Source of the DNA: Longimicrobiales bacterium | Lineage (GTDB): Bacteria; Gemmatimonadota; Gemmatimonadetes; Longimicrobiales; Gaopeijiaceae | Reading direction: 5' to 3' | Assembly: GCA_965218295.1 (NCBI GenBank) | Contig: CBDCKN010000013.1 | Span: 512,001-576,000 of the forward strand | DNA length: 64,000 nt | Notes under the pieces: generated by a model | Seen by the model: only the letters and a program-made list of their open reading frames with translations | Database searches by the model: none | Told to the model about the DNA's origin: nothing | Made by a program: the position numbers and the translations under genes | Shown: positions 38,953 through 49,952 of the stretch, piece by piece | Position numbering within the stretch: position 1 is the stretch's first letter | Layout: the number at the start of each line of letters is the position of its first letter

Positions 38953-39378
38953 TCAATCCTCGTCGAGCACAAGCCAGACCATGTAGTCCCCGCCTCCACC
39001 CGTGAGGCGGAAGCGGCCTTCGCCCAGATCCGCCGTGGACTCTCCGGCGGTCACGCTGAACTTCCCCTTCCCGTCCCGCACGATCTCGACTCGGCCGAGG
39101 AGGTCGTCCTTGCTGAACTTGTCCTGATCCCAGAATTCGAGCTCGACCTTCCGCAGCTTGGGACCGAGGCGGGCGAGATCCCGATCCAACTTGTGATCGG
39201 ACCCGGCCTTGACCGCCTCCATCCCGCGCATCGGGATTTCTTCCCGGATCGTCGGGTCATACCCCGAAGCGCCGGAGGCGACGATTCGCCACCCGAACTC
39301 GTCCGTCGACCCCTCGAAGAAGGTGTCGGTCACCCGGGTGCAGGCCACCCGCTGCAGAGTGATCGCCATAGTGCTCAT
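38953..39378 (-). CDS. hypothetical beta-sandwich protein with C2-domain-like motif
   Basis: KVELEFWDQDKFSKDDLLGRVEI; N-terminal DTFFEGSTDE acidic loop. Confidence 0.6.
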   Translation of the reverse strand: MSTMAITLQRVACTRVTDTFFEGSTDEFGWRIVASGASGYDPTIREEIPMRGMEAVKAGSDHKLDRDLARLGPKLRKVELEFWDQDKFSKDDLLGRVEIVRDGKGKFSVTAGESTADLGEGRFRLTGGGGDYMVWLVLDED

Positions 39379-39575
39379 AGAGAATCCACCCTGATCTCTC
39401 CCGGCTTTCAACGAGTCCGAGACGTTCCAGGGCCAACAGAGCGTCTCTCATCTCGCTTTCGGTCATCTCCTCTGGATTCACCTGTCGCCTCTCAAGCTTT
39501 GCGCCGCCGGCCTTGGCATCCCGCTCACGACGTTCGAGACTATGAGAGGTCTTCTGAGACGCGAAAGGAGGAGGC

Positions 39576-40190
39576 GTGGCGGACCCACTGACCGTGGGCA
39601 TCTTCATCTTCGACGGGGTGGAGGTGCTCGACTTCGCCGGCCCGTTCGAGGTGTTCTCCCGCACGCGTCTCGAGCCAGGCACCGAGTCGCGCCGCACGGA
39701 CGAGTCCGCGCCGTTCGACGTGTTCACGGTCGCCCAGACGGAAGGAGAGGTCGTCTCCACGGGAAGCCTGAGGATTGTGCCGACCCATACGTTCGACTCG
39801 GCGCCCGAGATCGACATCCTCGTGGTGCCCGGGGGGTTCGGCACCAGACCGCTCCTCGACGACGAAGACGTCCTCGGCTGGGTGAAGAGGACGGCGGAGT
39901 CAGCGCGTCAGGTCACCTCGGTGTGTACCGGGGCGCTGGTGTTGGCGCGGGCCGGGCTGTTGAGTGGGAAGCGAGCCACCACGCATTGGGCCGCTCTGGA
40001 TCTGCTCGCCGAACTGGATCCGTCCATCACCGTCGAGAGGGAGCGTCGCGTGGTGATGGACGGCATCGTGTCGTCGGCGGGGGTAGCCGCCGGCATAGAC
40101 TTGGCCTTCGCCATCGTCGAGCAGCTCTTCGGTACGGAGGTAGCCGACGAGACCGCCCACTACATCGAATACCCCAGAGCGTCCCGCTAG
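39576..40190 (+). CDS. DJ-1/PfpI family protein
   Basis: EVLDFAGPFEVF, VPGG.G, SVCTGA, ATTHW, AGVAAGID. Confidence 0.93.
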   Translation: MADPLTVGIFIFDGVEVLDFAGPFEVFSRTRLEPGTESRRTDESAPFDVFTVAQTEGEVVSTGSLRIVPTHTFDSAPEIDILVVPGGFGTRPLLDDEDVLGWVKRTAESARQVTSVCTGALVLARAGLLSGKRATTHWAALDLLAELDPSITVERERRVVMDGIVSSAGVAAGIDLAFAIVEQLFGTEVADETAHYIEYPRASR

Positions 40191-40677
40191 TGGACCATGA
40201 GGCCCGGTCCGCACGGGCCCTCCGCGATCAAGCGGGAGGCGTCCTCCGGTTCCTGCGCAGCCTGAACGTCCCCGCTCACAGTCTTGAACGAAAGGTGCCG
40301 GCCACCATCTCCGATCGTGGCCCGAATGGATCACCTGCTGCCCCTCCAGGCCGAGGCCCGCGAGGATCTGTTCAAGCCAAAGGCGTCCCGCCAGGATGTA
40401 GCCACAGCCATCGCCATTGCCACCGCGTGCCTGGCGGAATGCAGGAACGATCTCTACGACGACTTGATCTGGCGACGGACAAAGCTTAGCCAAGGCTGCA
40501 TTGATCAGGTTGTGCCGACCCGGAGGCTTCCCACCACCAAGAGCCGTGCACAGCCCGCTCCAATCAGCGTCAACGAGGCTCTGGTCGCTTGCGACTTCAT
40601 CGGAGTACGTAGGTGTGAGGGCTGGCACCATCAAGGGAGACCCTCACACCCAGTCAGTAGGGAAAGGAGTGCCTACA

Positions 40678-41088
40678 ATGCCATACTTGCAACTGGATGT
40701 TTCCAAGCACTACGCGACCGATGTGAAGCGGGCCCTTGCCCGACGCATGGGTGAACTCTACGCGGGCATCATGCAGACCACGCCTGGCATGGTCAGCGTT
40801 GCCATTCGCGAGCTGCCGGAGGGCAGTCTGTGGAGCTGCAGCGATGGAGAGCCTGAACCAGGCGCCGTTCTGATTTGCGACGTCCGGCGCGGCCGCACGC
40901 CCGAACAAAGGGCCAAGCTGGCGCAGGCGCTCGTCGACGCCTGCGTCGAGACGCTGAAGCTGCGCAGCGACCGCCTGCCTGTTGAGTTCACTCAGCACGC
41001 TGGCGACGAGATGTTTCGCGCTGGGCGTGGGTGGGCCACTGATTGGACGCAAACGGAGGCGCAGACGCAGGGCCGAAAAAGGGAGTAA
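40678..41088 (+). CDS. 4-oxalocrotonate tautomerase-superfamily protein
   Basis: AAGGAG RBS, N-terminal Pro (MPY), DVRRGRTPEQRAKLA. Confidence 0.85.
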   Translation: MPYLQLDVSKHYATDVKRALARRMGELYAGIMQTTPGMVSVAIRELPEGSLWSCSDGEPEPGAVLICDVRRGRTPEQRAKLAQALVDACVETLKLRSDRLPVEFTQHAGDEMFRAGRGWATDWTQTEAQTQGRKRE

Positions 41089-41108
41089 GGCAAATTGCTG
41101 ACAGGGAT

Positions 41109-42581
41109 GCCTAACTCCAGCTCGAACGGACGGGCCGGAAGTGTGGTGCCACATTTCCTGTCCGTTATGAGCTAGGATCAAAGGGTGTGTAAAAAGAGAG
41201 GCGACGTACCTTTCCGCTGAGTAATAACCAGCGAACTCCGGGTGACAGCCCGGGGGAAAGGAACGACGCCTCGTGAGGAAGAATACGGTGGGACCCGAGG
41301 GTGAGTCCAGGACGCCCGTGTGGGAAGTTCTGGAAGAAGTGGTTCGGGAGAAGGCGCAGGAGTTCATTCAACAGATCTTGGAGGAGGAAGTCACGGAGTT
41401 GCTAGGGCGAGAGAAGTCAGAGCGCAGGAGGGTGGTGGACGCGACCGAGGGCTACCGCAACGGATACGGCAAGCCGAGGCGGCTGGCGATGAGCTCGGGC
41501 ACGATCACACTCCGACGCCCTCGAGTTCGAGGCCTTGAGGAGCGGTTCGAGAGCCGCGTGCTGCCGTTGTTCGCGAGGCGGACGAAGGAGCTGGGCGCTC
41601 TGCTTCCGGAGCTGTATCTGCACGGACTGGCGGAGGGAGACTTCGAGTTGGCGATGCGGGGCCTGCTGGGCGAGGGGGCACCGCTGTCGAAGTCTTCGAT
41701 TCGGCGGCTGCGGGCGGGATGGACGGCGGAGTTCGAGGAATGGAGCCAGCGTCGCCTGGAGGGTCGTGAGGTCGTCTACGTGTGGGCGGACGGGATCTAT
41801 GTGAAGGCAGGGCTGGAGCGGGACAAAGCGGCGCTGCTGGTGGTGCTGGGTGCCATGCGAGACGGGACGAAAGAGGTGTTGGCCCTGAGAGCGGGCTACC
41901 GAGAGTCGGTCGAGTCCTGGTCCGAGGTGTTGCGGGACCTGAAGGCACGCGGCATCGAGGCGCCCCGGCTTCTGATGGCGGACGGTAACGCTGCGATCTG
42001 GGGCGCAGTACGGCAGGTATGGCCTGAGGCGGGTGAGCAACGGTGCTGGAACCACAAGATGAGGAACGTGCTGGACCGACTACCTCAGCGGGAGCAGGGC
42101 GAGGCGAAGGATCTTCTCCGGGCCGTGGTCTACGCACCGAGCCGGGCCGAGGCCCTGAAGGCCCGCGAGGTGTTCGCCCGACGCTATAGGCCGTGGTATC
42201 CGAAAGCAGTGGACGTACTCGAGGACGACTGGGAGCGGATGGTAGCGTTCTACGACTTCCCCGAGGACCACTGGAAGCATCTACGCACGACGAACGTGGT
42301 CGAGAGCCCGTTCGCCGCGGTACGGCTCAGGACGACAGCAGCGAAGCGGTTCAAGCGGGTCGAGAGCGCTACGGCGCTAATCTGGAAGTTGCTCTTGGTG
42401 GCTGAGAAGCGGTTCCGAAGGCTCGACGCTCCTCACCTCCTCAAGGACGTATTTGAAGGAAGAAAGTTCGAAGACGGAAAGCCCGTCTCACACCAACAGC
42501 GGAAGAACGCCGCCTAATACGTTTACACACCTATTGACCCAACCTCTCCGTTATAGCCCGTCGCTCACCAAGACCTTAGGC
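41109..42581 (+). other. degenerate attC-like site split by IS256 (41109-41168 + 42555-42581)
   Basis: GCCTAAC..CTCGAACGGACGGGC - hairpin - GCCCGTCGCTCACCAAGACCTTAGGC after removing the IS. Confidence 0.55.
41169..42546 (+). mobile_element. IS256-family element, intact (transposase 41273-42517)
   Basis: Same IRs as 21554-22930; 8-bp duplication TCCGTTAT. Confidence 0.95.
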
Positions 42582-42661
42582 GTAGAGAGGAATTGTTCGG
42601 TGGCTTCGCGGGGCATGGTGACCCGAGTCGCGAGCCACACGTGCCAGCAGCAGGCGTTCGT

Positions 42662-43297
42662 TTAGAAATCGCCACGAGTCGCCCTTAGGCGTTCCTCTAC
42701 TTCCTGCACTCGGGCGGACGCCTCGGCCTCAGTGAAGCCTCCCTCGAGGAGTTTCTGACGGAGGGTAACAAGCAGCTCGCGGTTCCGCTGAGGAACCGCC
42801 TTCCTCTCGGACTCCTCAAGCTGAAGAAATGCCTTCCTCTCGGACTCCTCGAGCTCTCTGAAACCAGACTCCGGATTGGCGTGCTCGTTACACCAAGCAA
42901 CCCAGAAGTCGTAGTCGCAGAACTTCTGGTCAGTCCCAAGCAACTTGTATTTCCGACCAGGGTGTTGGGCCTCATGCCTGACGTGACGAAGAAACTCCTC
43001 AGGAAGACGAACCGCGTGCTCGAGCACGTAGTGTGCCAGACCTTCAGGCCAAAGCCACAGACCATCAGAGAAGTCCGAGTCCCCCATCTGGGCGTCGTCA
43101 ACTCCGCAACGAAACCGGCACCAGGAGTAGCCCAGGCAGCTGTCGGCCCGCTTCGCGGAGCGGAGGTGGTGGGCGACGAGACGGCGCTCTGCGAGGTCCC
43201 ATTCGGAGTCCACGAACGCAATGGGATGGCGAAAGCGGTGATCAGGAATGTCCGGTTCTTGCCAAAACCCTATAGCCCACGGAATCCTCTCCTGCAT
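42662..43297 (-). CDS. hypothetical protein
   Basis: GYSWCRFRCG, DGLWLWPEGLAHYVLEHAVRLP; short internal duplication LEESERKA. Confidence 0.65.
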   Translation of the reverse strand: MQERIPWAIGFWQEPDIPDHRFRHPIAFVDSEWDLAERRLVAHHLRSAKRADSCLGYSWCRFRCGVDDAQMGDSDFSDGLWLWPEGLAHYVLEHAVRLPEEFLRHVRHEAQHPGRKYKLLGTDQKFCDYDFWVAWCNEHANPESGFRELEESERKAFLQLEESERKAVPQRNRELLVTLRQKLLEGGFTEAEASARVQEVEERLRATRGDF

Positions 43298-43541
43298 TTG
43301 CCGCTCCCGTTCTGGTGTGCTGGTTCCGGTCAGAAAGTCTCACAGTCCTGCAAGCGCGATTCCTAACGTCTCTGCGGTTCTGGTGCACGATCAACATGCG
43401 AACCGTGAGTGAAGCGATCGAGCTCGACATGCACGTCGTGGGTCGGGGCTACGCCCTACCCGTTCCTCACCGAATCACATCCATCAGGATGTCGTGGATG
43501 ATGCCCGTGGCCACCTCCACGAGCAGAACGTCCAGCCCCAC

Positions 43542-45108
43542 CCCTCTCTGCCAACTTACGTGAGACACGGAGCAGCTAAGGAATTAGAGTAGGGCGAAGG
43601 CAGAGAAACCGAGGATGCTGAGACACCGAGAGAGAATGAAAGAGAATGGAATAGCCCCACCAACCTGGGACGGTAAGCGAAGCGCGGCAGCTCCTGCGGA
43701 CTCGGAGGTGGTAGATAGGCCGCTGCGCCGGCGGTTCGCTCCGTCGTACAAGCTGCGGATCGTCGAAGAAGCGGACCGGTGCACGGAGCCCGGAGAGGTT
43801 GGCCGACTCCTACGGCGGGAGGGCTTGTACTCGTCGCACCTGACGACATGGCGCAAGGCGGCGCATAGCGGGTCCCTGAAAGCGCTGTCGAAGAAACGAG
43901 GCCGTAAGCGCGAGCGCAATCCGCTGGAGGAGAAGGTGCGCAAGCTGGAGCGCGAGAACACTCGCCTCGAGAAGGAGCTCCAGAAGGCGCACTTGATCAT
44001 CGACGTCCAGGGAAAAGTTGCAGGGCTGCTGGGATTGAGCCTCGAGGACGGGACGAACTCATGAAGGCGACCCAGGAGCTAGCCAAGCACGTAGGGGTGA
44101 AGCCCGCGTGCGATGCGCTCAGGGTGCCGCGAGCCACGTTCTACCGTCGTCGGAGTGCATCGACCGGGCATCAGCAGCCCCGCCCGACCCCCGCCCGGGC
44201 CTTAAGCGAGAAGGAACGAGACAAGGTCTTCGACACGCTGTGTTCGGAGCGGTTCGTGGACCGGTCCCCAGCCGAGGTGGTGGCGACGCTGCTCGACGAG
44301 GACGTCTACCTGTGCAGCGAGCGTACGATGTATCGCGTTCTGGCTTCCCAGGTGCCGGTTCAGGAGCGTCGAGCGCAGCGGAGTCATCCCAAATACCAGA
44401 AGCCCGAGTTGATGGCGAGGGGCCCGAACCAGGTCTGGTCCTGGGATATCACCCGGCTGCTGGGGCCGAAGAAGTGGAGTTACTTCTACCTCTACGTGAT
44501 CCTGGACATCTTCAGCCGCTACGTCGTGGGATGGATGGTGGCGGATCGGGAGAACTCTGCCCTGGCCAGCCGGCTGATCCAGCAGAGTTGCTTGAAGCAT
44601 GGCGTCCAGCCCCACCTCCTGACCCTGCATTCCGATCGAGGGGCTCCGATGACGAGCCAATGCACGGCTCAACTACTCGCCGATCTCGGCGTGACCCGCT
44701 CGTTGGGCCGACCCCAGGTCTCGGATGACAATCCGTTCTCCGAGGCTCAGTTCAAGACCTTGAAGTACCATCCCTCGTTTCCCGGCCGGTTCGGGGATCA
44801 GGGGCAAGCCAAGACCTTCTGTCGCTCGTTCTTCCGTTGGTATAATGCCGAGCACCGCCATGGCGGCATCTCGATGCTGACCCCCGAACAGGTCCACTTC
44901 GGTCACGCCGATCGGATCATCGCCTGCAGGAAGGCCGTGCTCCGTGAGGCATGGGCCGCTCATCCCGAGCGCTTCGTCTCCGGTGAGCCGAAGCCTAAAC
45001 CACTCCCGGAGGCCGTCTGGATCAATCCTCCCACCCCATCCCTCACTACACAGGAGATTGCTCTCTAATTGATTTCCAAGAGTGTCTCACTGGCGTTGAC
45101 AGGTTCCG
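43542..45108 (+). mobile_element. IS3-family element matching 19372-20938 (orfA 43615-44064, orfB 44061-45068)
   Basis: Identical translations and ends. Confidence 0.95.
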
Positions 45109-45245
45109 CTTCGTCTCCGGTGAGCCGAAGCCTAAACCACTCCCGGAGGCCGTCTGGATCAATCCTCCCACCCCATCCCTCACTACACAGGAGATTGCTC
45201 TCTAATTGATTTCCAAGAGTGTCTCACTGGCGTTGACAGGTTCCG
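45109..45245 (+). repeat. tandem second copy of the IS3 right end
   Basis: cttcgtctccggtgag...gttgacaggttccg repeated directly. Confidence 0.9.
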
Positions 45246-45380
45246 TCCAGTCGTAGAGGAAGAAGTCCCTTTTCCAAGTCGCGCACACAAATAGATAGAG
45301 GCCGACGATGAGCCCCAGCAGGCCGAACCACTGCTCTTCGTTCACTCGGCGTCTCCTTCGGGAACGTCAGTAGAAGGCTA

Positions 45381-46070
45381 TCAACCCGTTTTGGCTCGAG
45401 ACTTCTTGGACTTCTTCTCCCGGAATCCGATCCGGTGGTAGGGATTCACTACGCTGGTCGCCACGTTCTTGAGGTGCGCGCTGACGCGCTTCAGATAGCG
45501 CAGGTAGAGTGCCACCGTGACCGCATGCCCCGCCCGTCCCGACAACGCCTCACCCGAGCACAGGGCACGCACTTGTTTGTCTACCTTGGATGCGATTGTG
45601 GTGTGGGATTTTATGATGCCCCTGGCCCGAACCACGTCGGATTCCTCGAGGGCGGGCACGATGTCGTCGAACATCCGAGCCATGGTCTTCTCGATCCCAA
45701 CCACCTTGTCGTGTAGCTCGAGCCCATCGAAGGGCCCCGGCACCGCGGACGCCAACTCCACGATGTTCTTGGTGTAGTCGCCGATCCGCTCGATGTCGAT
45801 GACGATCGCGGTGAGCACCAGTCCCAGGTTGATGTCAGGCTTGGAAGACACGGACATGTGCGTGACGATCTTTCGACGAACGCGCCGTTCGTACTTGTTG
45901 ATCTGCTGATCGCGCTTGTAGATGTCGGTCTTTGGCGTGCCCTCCGCGTGGAGCGCCGTGACTGCGTGGTCGAACATGTCGTGGGAGGCCCGAAGCATCA
46001 GGATCGCCTCGTCATATGCCTCCTGCAGTGGGCCTCCGGACCTGAAGAGCGCGAGGATTTGTTTCCACAT
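45381..46070 (-). CDS. PhoU-domain protein
   Basis: DQQINKYER, DIERIGDY, YLKRVSAH. Confidence 0.88.
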   Translation of the reverse strand: MWKQILALFRSGGPLQEAYDEAILMLRASHDMFDHAVTALHAEGTPKTDIYKRDQQINKYERRVRRKIVTHMSVSSKPDINLGLVLTAIVIDIERIGDYTKNIVELASAVPGPFDGLELHDKVVGIEKTMARMFDDIVPALEESDVVRARGIIKSHTTIASKVDKQVRALCSGEALSGRAGHAVTVALYLRYLKRVSAHLKNVATSVVNPYHRIGFREKKSKKSRAKTG

Positions 46071-46074
46071 GGCT

Positions 46075-47003
46075 TGTTACCTTCGCCGGGCTTGCGGTCG
46101 AAAATGAGGCGAGAATCGCGGTGATGGTGGTTCCGATATTCGCCCCAATCGTGTACGGGAAGATCTGACGGAGGGTGAGGACCCCGGTGCCCGCCAAGGG
46201 CACGATCAAAGACGTCGTCGCCGAGCTGCTCTGCACGGACGCCGTCGCAACGACGCCCAGAGTGAAGCTCGCGGCGTCGTTACGGAAGAGGACCCTGTCG
46301 AAGAGCCCTTCCAGGCGCTGTAGGACGACGCCCCGCATGAACGTCAGCATCCCCCGCAGGGCCATGAAGAGCAGAGCGAGAGCCAGAATGACGAGTGGGA
46401 TCGTGTAGGGGATCAGCTCCGAGAGGAATTCGGCGGGTGGACCCACGACCAACTTGAGAGGGCTGGCCAGACTCATGCCACCCGCACCGGCGAACACGCG
46501 CTGCAGAAAGACCGCCGATTTCTCGACCGGGTGAAAAAGGATCTCCACCGGCAGGAGCGCGTGAACGCCGCGAACACGTTGAAGAAGTCGTGCACCGTGG
46601 AAGCCGCGAAGGCCCGCTCGAACTCCGCCGGACGGGTCACGTGCCCCATCGACACGATTGTGTTCGTCGTTGTCGTTCCGATGTTCGCACCCATGATGAT
46701 GGGCACGGCGAGCTGAATGGTGAGCGCGCCGGACGCCACGAGTCCCACCACGATGGTGGTGGTGGTCGAGGAGCTCTGGATCATACTCGTGGCCAGGAAT
46801 CCGATGAGCAGCCCGGCGACTGGGTCCGACGCCGTGTTCAGGAGCTGATCTGCGAGCCCTGCGCCGCTCATCTTGAACGCGGTGCTCATCAGCTCGATGC
46901 TGGAGAAGAACAGGTAGAGCAGGGCGAGGAAGTAGACGACGCGGCCGATCACCACGATCGGGCTGGCCTCGCGTTGGATTTGCGACGGGATGGGGTTGGG
47001 CAC
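46075..47003 (-). pseudogene. Na+/phosphate cotransporter (NptA-like), frameshifted and C-terminally truncated
   Basis: Two QSSS and two GANIGTT repeats, HDFFN; frameshift near 46558. Confidence 0.85.
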
Positions 47004-47271
47004 CGGGCGCAGGTCCTGTTGTGATGGCAGCGATGAGCCGCACAGAAACTACAGACTCGCCGCCCCTGGGGAAAACCCGCTCACCGAGTCAGACCGTTCG
47101 CCTACCGCTTGCGCCTCCCGGCCACGGTGCGGCCGATCGTTCCTCTCCTTGGTAAGATCAGGCGACTGCGGCTGGCGCGGTAGGCATCGTAGTCGCACAC
47201 TGCGTGTGTTAACGCAGGTCAATCACAAATCCATTACGTGCCCGCCACACGGCTGGGGAGGAGAAAAAAAG

Positions 47272-47487
47272 ATGGCTGAGAGTGTGTACAAAGTGATCGA
47301 GCTGGTAGGAACCTCTACTGAGTCGTGGGAGAAGGCTGCGGCAGCAGCCGTCCAACGTGCATCCCAGTCGCTGCGGGACCTGCGTGTGGCTGAGGTCTCA
47401 GAGCTGGACCTGCAGCTCAGGGACGGTGCCGTTCAGAGCTACCGCGCGAAAGTCAAGGTCTCCTTCAGGTACGAAGCCGGCGACTAG
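47272..47487 (+). CDS. dodecin (flavin-binding)
   Basis: VYKVIELVGTS.ESWE.A...SLRDLRVAEV...YRAKVKVSFRY. Confidence 0.93.
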   Translation: MAESVYKVIELVGTSTESWEKAAAAAVQRASQSLRDLRVAEVSELDLQLRDGAVQSYRAKVKVSFRYEAGD

Positions 47488-47559
47488 GAACACCGCGCCA
47501 CCAACACGACCTTATGCAGGACCGCAGCCTTCGTACGTATACTCACCATGTAAAGATAC

Positions 47560-47836
47560 GTATACGACGAACTTCTTCGATGAGGTGAAGCAGCGGGCGG
47601 ATGGTCGCCCCCGGTACGGCGGAGCGTTCATGTGGGTGAACGGCGACGGTATCTGGCCGGTGCCGGAGAGCGCCTACGCGATGCGAGGGGCGGGGGGGCA
47701 GAGTGCCACCATGATCCCGACGCATCAACTCGTGGTGGTGAGGCAGGGCAAGTACACGGGCGCGGGAGCCGGTGGCCGGGCGCTGAACCGAGCGTTCGAG
47801 TTATTAATGGAGGCCGTGCCGCCAGTCGGCCAGTAG
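47560..47836 (+). pseudogene. C-terminal fragment of a serine hydrolase (beta-lactamase family)
   Basis: YGG.FMWVN...AYAMRGAGGQ..MIPTHQLVVVRQG. Confidence 0.65.
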
Positions 47837-47899
47837 CCGGACCTTACCTGGCTTCCCGGGCTGCCGTTGGTGTTGCTGTAGGGGTCGCACGTCCGCATG

Positions 47900-48552
47900 T
47901 TGTTTGCACCTGTTCGCTTCTGCACCGAGACGAGGGCAGTCTCCATGGCCTCGAAGGCGGGATTTTCGACCTTGCTCTCGACGTTGTAGGTGCAGACCAC
48001 CAGCACAGAGGAGTCGTCGAGATGACGGGTGGCGAAATGGAGCAGGTCGAGGCCGGAAGGGTCACTCCAGTGAACGTCGTCCAGGACGACGAGGACGGGC
48101 TTCCTTTCGCCCAGCCGGCGAAGGAACTCGGTGAAGTTCCAGTGGATCCGCGTCTGGAGCTCTCCTGGCTCCCCCTCACCCGCCCCCGAGGCCTGATCGG
48201 CTCCGCTCCCGAGGGCGGGCACGACCCGGGCCAGCTCCCCTTCACCACCCCGGGTGAGCACCGAGAGGGCGGAGGCGTCCATCTCCCGGAGGACGGGCAG
48301 AAAGGCGTTGGACCAGAGCCCGTAGGGGATGCCCGTCTCGACTTTGTACGCCTGCCCCCGCACGGCGAGAAAACCGAGCCGATTCGCCTCTTCGGCCGCT
48401 GCGACCGCGAGGCGAGACTTGCCAATGCCCGTGGTGCCCCTCAGGAAGACGGCTCCACCGGTGCCGGAACCAGCATTGGCGAGGGCGTTCCCGAGAAAAC
48501 CGAGCTCCTCGGTCCGTCCGACGAGGGGAAGGTCGGGCAGGATGTTTGCCAT
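47900..48552 (-). pseudogene. truncated AAA ATPase N-terminus of a large STAND-type regulator
   Basis: LVGRTEEL, GTTGIGKSRL, VVLDDVHWSD. Confidence 0.8.
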
Positions 48553-48890
48553 GACGGATCCCACTTGAATGAATTGACCCATACTCCCCCATCCAGCGCG
48601 CGCGCACAAGTATCCCGGATCCGGCGCTCTGGTCGGGCAACCCGACGGCCCCCGGACGCGACTAATCAAGAGCCGCGAAGTCGCCCTCTAGAAGTGTGGA
48701 GACAGGCTCCGGGCGGTTTCTACGAAACGGCGCTGGACAAGCCCTCGGGCGCCTCTTAGACTCTTCGCGGCTCGGCAAGACAACAGGGCTGGAAGGCCGC
48801 GTGGCCTTGCTCTGTAGCCGACTCGGCCCTCTGTTGGCCACGTGTGGCCGAGACACTTCTGGGACACCACACATAGGAGGCATGGTAGGG

Positions 48891-49952
48891 ATGATCGCCG
48901 TTGAAGGGGTGACGAAGCGATTTGGTGATCTCGTCGCGGTTCGGGATCTCGACTTCGAGATCGACCGGGGTGAAGTCGTGGGCTTTCTGGGGCCAAACGG
49001 AGCCGGGAAGACCACGACTATGAGGATGCTCACGGGCACGCTGGAGCCCGATGAGGGCCGGGTGCTGTTCGACGGGGTGCCCATCGGCCAGGACCTGACC
49101 GGCGCGAAGAAGCGTGTGGGCTACCTGCCCGAGGCCAATCCGCTCTATGAGGAGATGTTGGTGGCGGAATATCTGGAGTACGCAGCCCGCCTGAGGATGC
49201 TGGAGGGGGCCTCGGCCCGCTCAGCCATAGCCGACGCCGTCGACGAGACGGGCAGCGGCGACGTGTTCTTCCGGCCCGTCTCGGAGCTCTCCAAGGGATA
49301 CCGCCAGCGCGTCGGCCTCGCCGCCGCCATCCTGCACCATCCCGAGATCCTCGTCTTCGACGAGCCCACCGAGGGCCTCGACCCCAACCAGCGTGTGGAA
49401 ATACGAAACCTCGTCAGCACCCTGGGCCGCGAGCGTACGGTCCTCCTGAGCACACACGTTATGCAGGAGGTCGAGGCGACCTGCACGAGGCTCATCATCA
49501 TCAGCCGCGGCAAGCTGGTGGCGGACGGAGCGGTCACCGACCTGCTGGCCGCGGCCGGCGGCCTCTCCCAGTACATCGTGGAGGCCGCCGGCCAGGGGGT
49601 CGCCGAGGCCCTGAGCCGCCTTCCCGGAGTCGACTCGTACACCTCGGAGGATCTGGAAGACCGCACGCGCGTGCGCCTGTCGGTGGCCGGCGACGCGGAG
49701 CTTCGGCCCGAGATCTTCCGCATGGCCACGGAGAAGCAGTGGGTGCTGTGGGAGCTGCACCGCGAGCCGGCCACGCTGGAGCAGATCTTCCGCGACCTGA
49801 CCGCCGACACCGGGGACGGCGACGGGGCGACGACGGAGGAGCCGACCGCCAGCGCCCTCGACGATCCGGCCCCGGGAGATCCTCCGACCCTGGAGGCGGC
49901 TCCCGAGCTCGGCACGCCGCCCACCGACGATGACGGGGAGGTGCGGTCATGA
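48891..49952 (+). CDS. ABC transporter ATP-binding protein (GldA-like)
   Basis: GPNGAGKTT, LSKGYRQR, FDEPT, LSTH. Confidence 0.93.
   Translation: MIAVEGVTKRFGDLVAVRDLDFEIDRGEVVGFLGPNGAGKTTTMRMLTGTLEPDEGRVLFDGVPIGQDLTGAKKRVGYLPEANPLYEEMLVAEYLEYAARLRMLEGASARSAIADAVDETGSGDVFFRPVSELSKGYRQRVGLAAAILHHPEILVFDEPTEGLDPNQRVEIRNLVSTLGRERTVLLSTHVMQEVEATCTRLIIISRGKLVADGAVTDLLAAAGGLSQYIVEAAGQGVAEALSRLPGVDSYTSEDLEDRTRVRLSVAGDAELRPEIFRMATEKQWVLWELHREPATLEQIFRDLTADTGDGDGATTEEPTASALDDPAPGDPPTLEAAPELGTPPTDDDGEVRS

Noticed and set aside
40198..40670. Possible gene between DJ-1 and the tautomerase
   Set aside because: No consistent frame or recognisable motif
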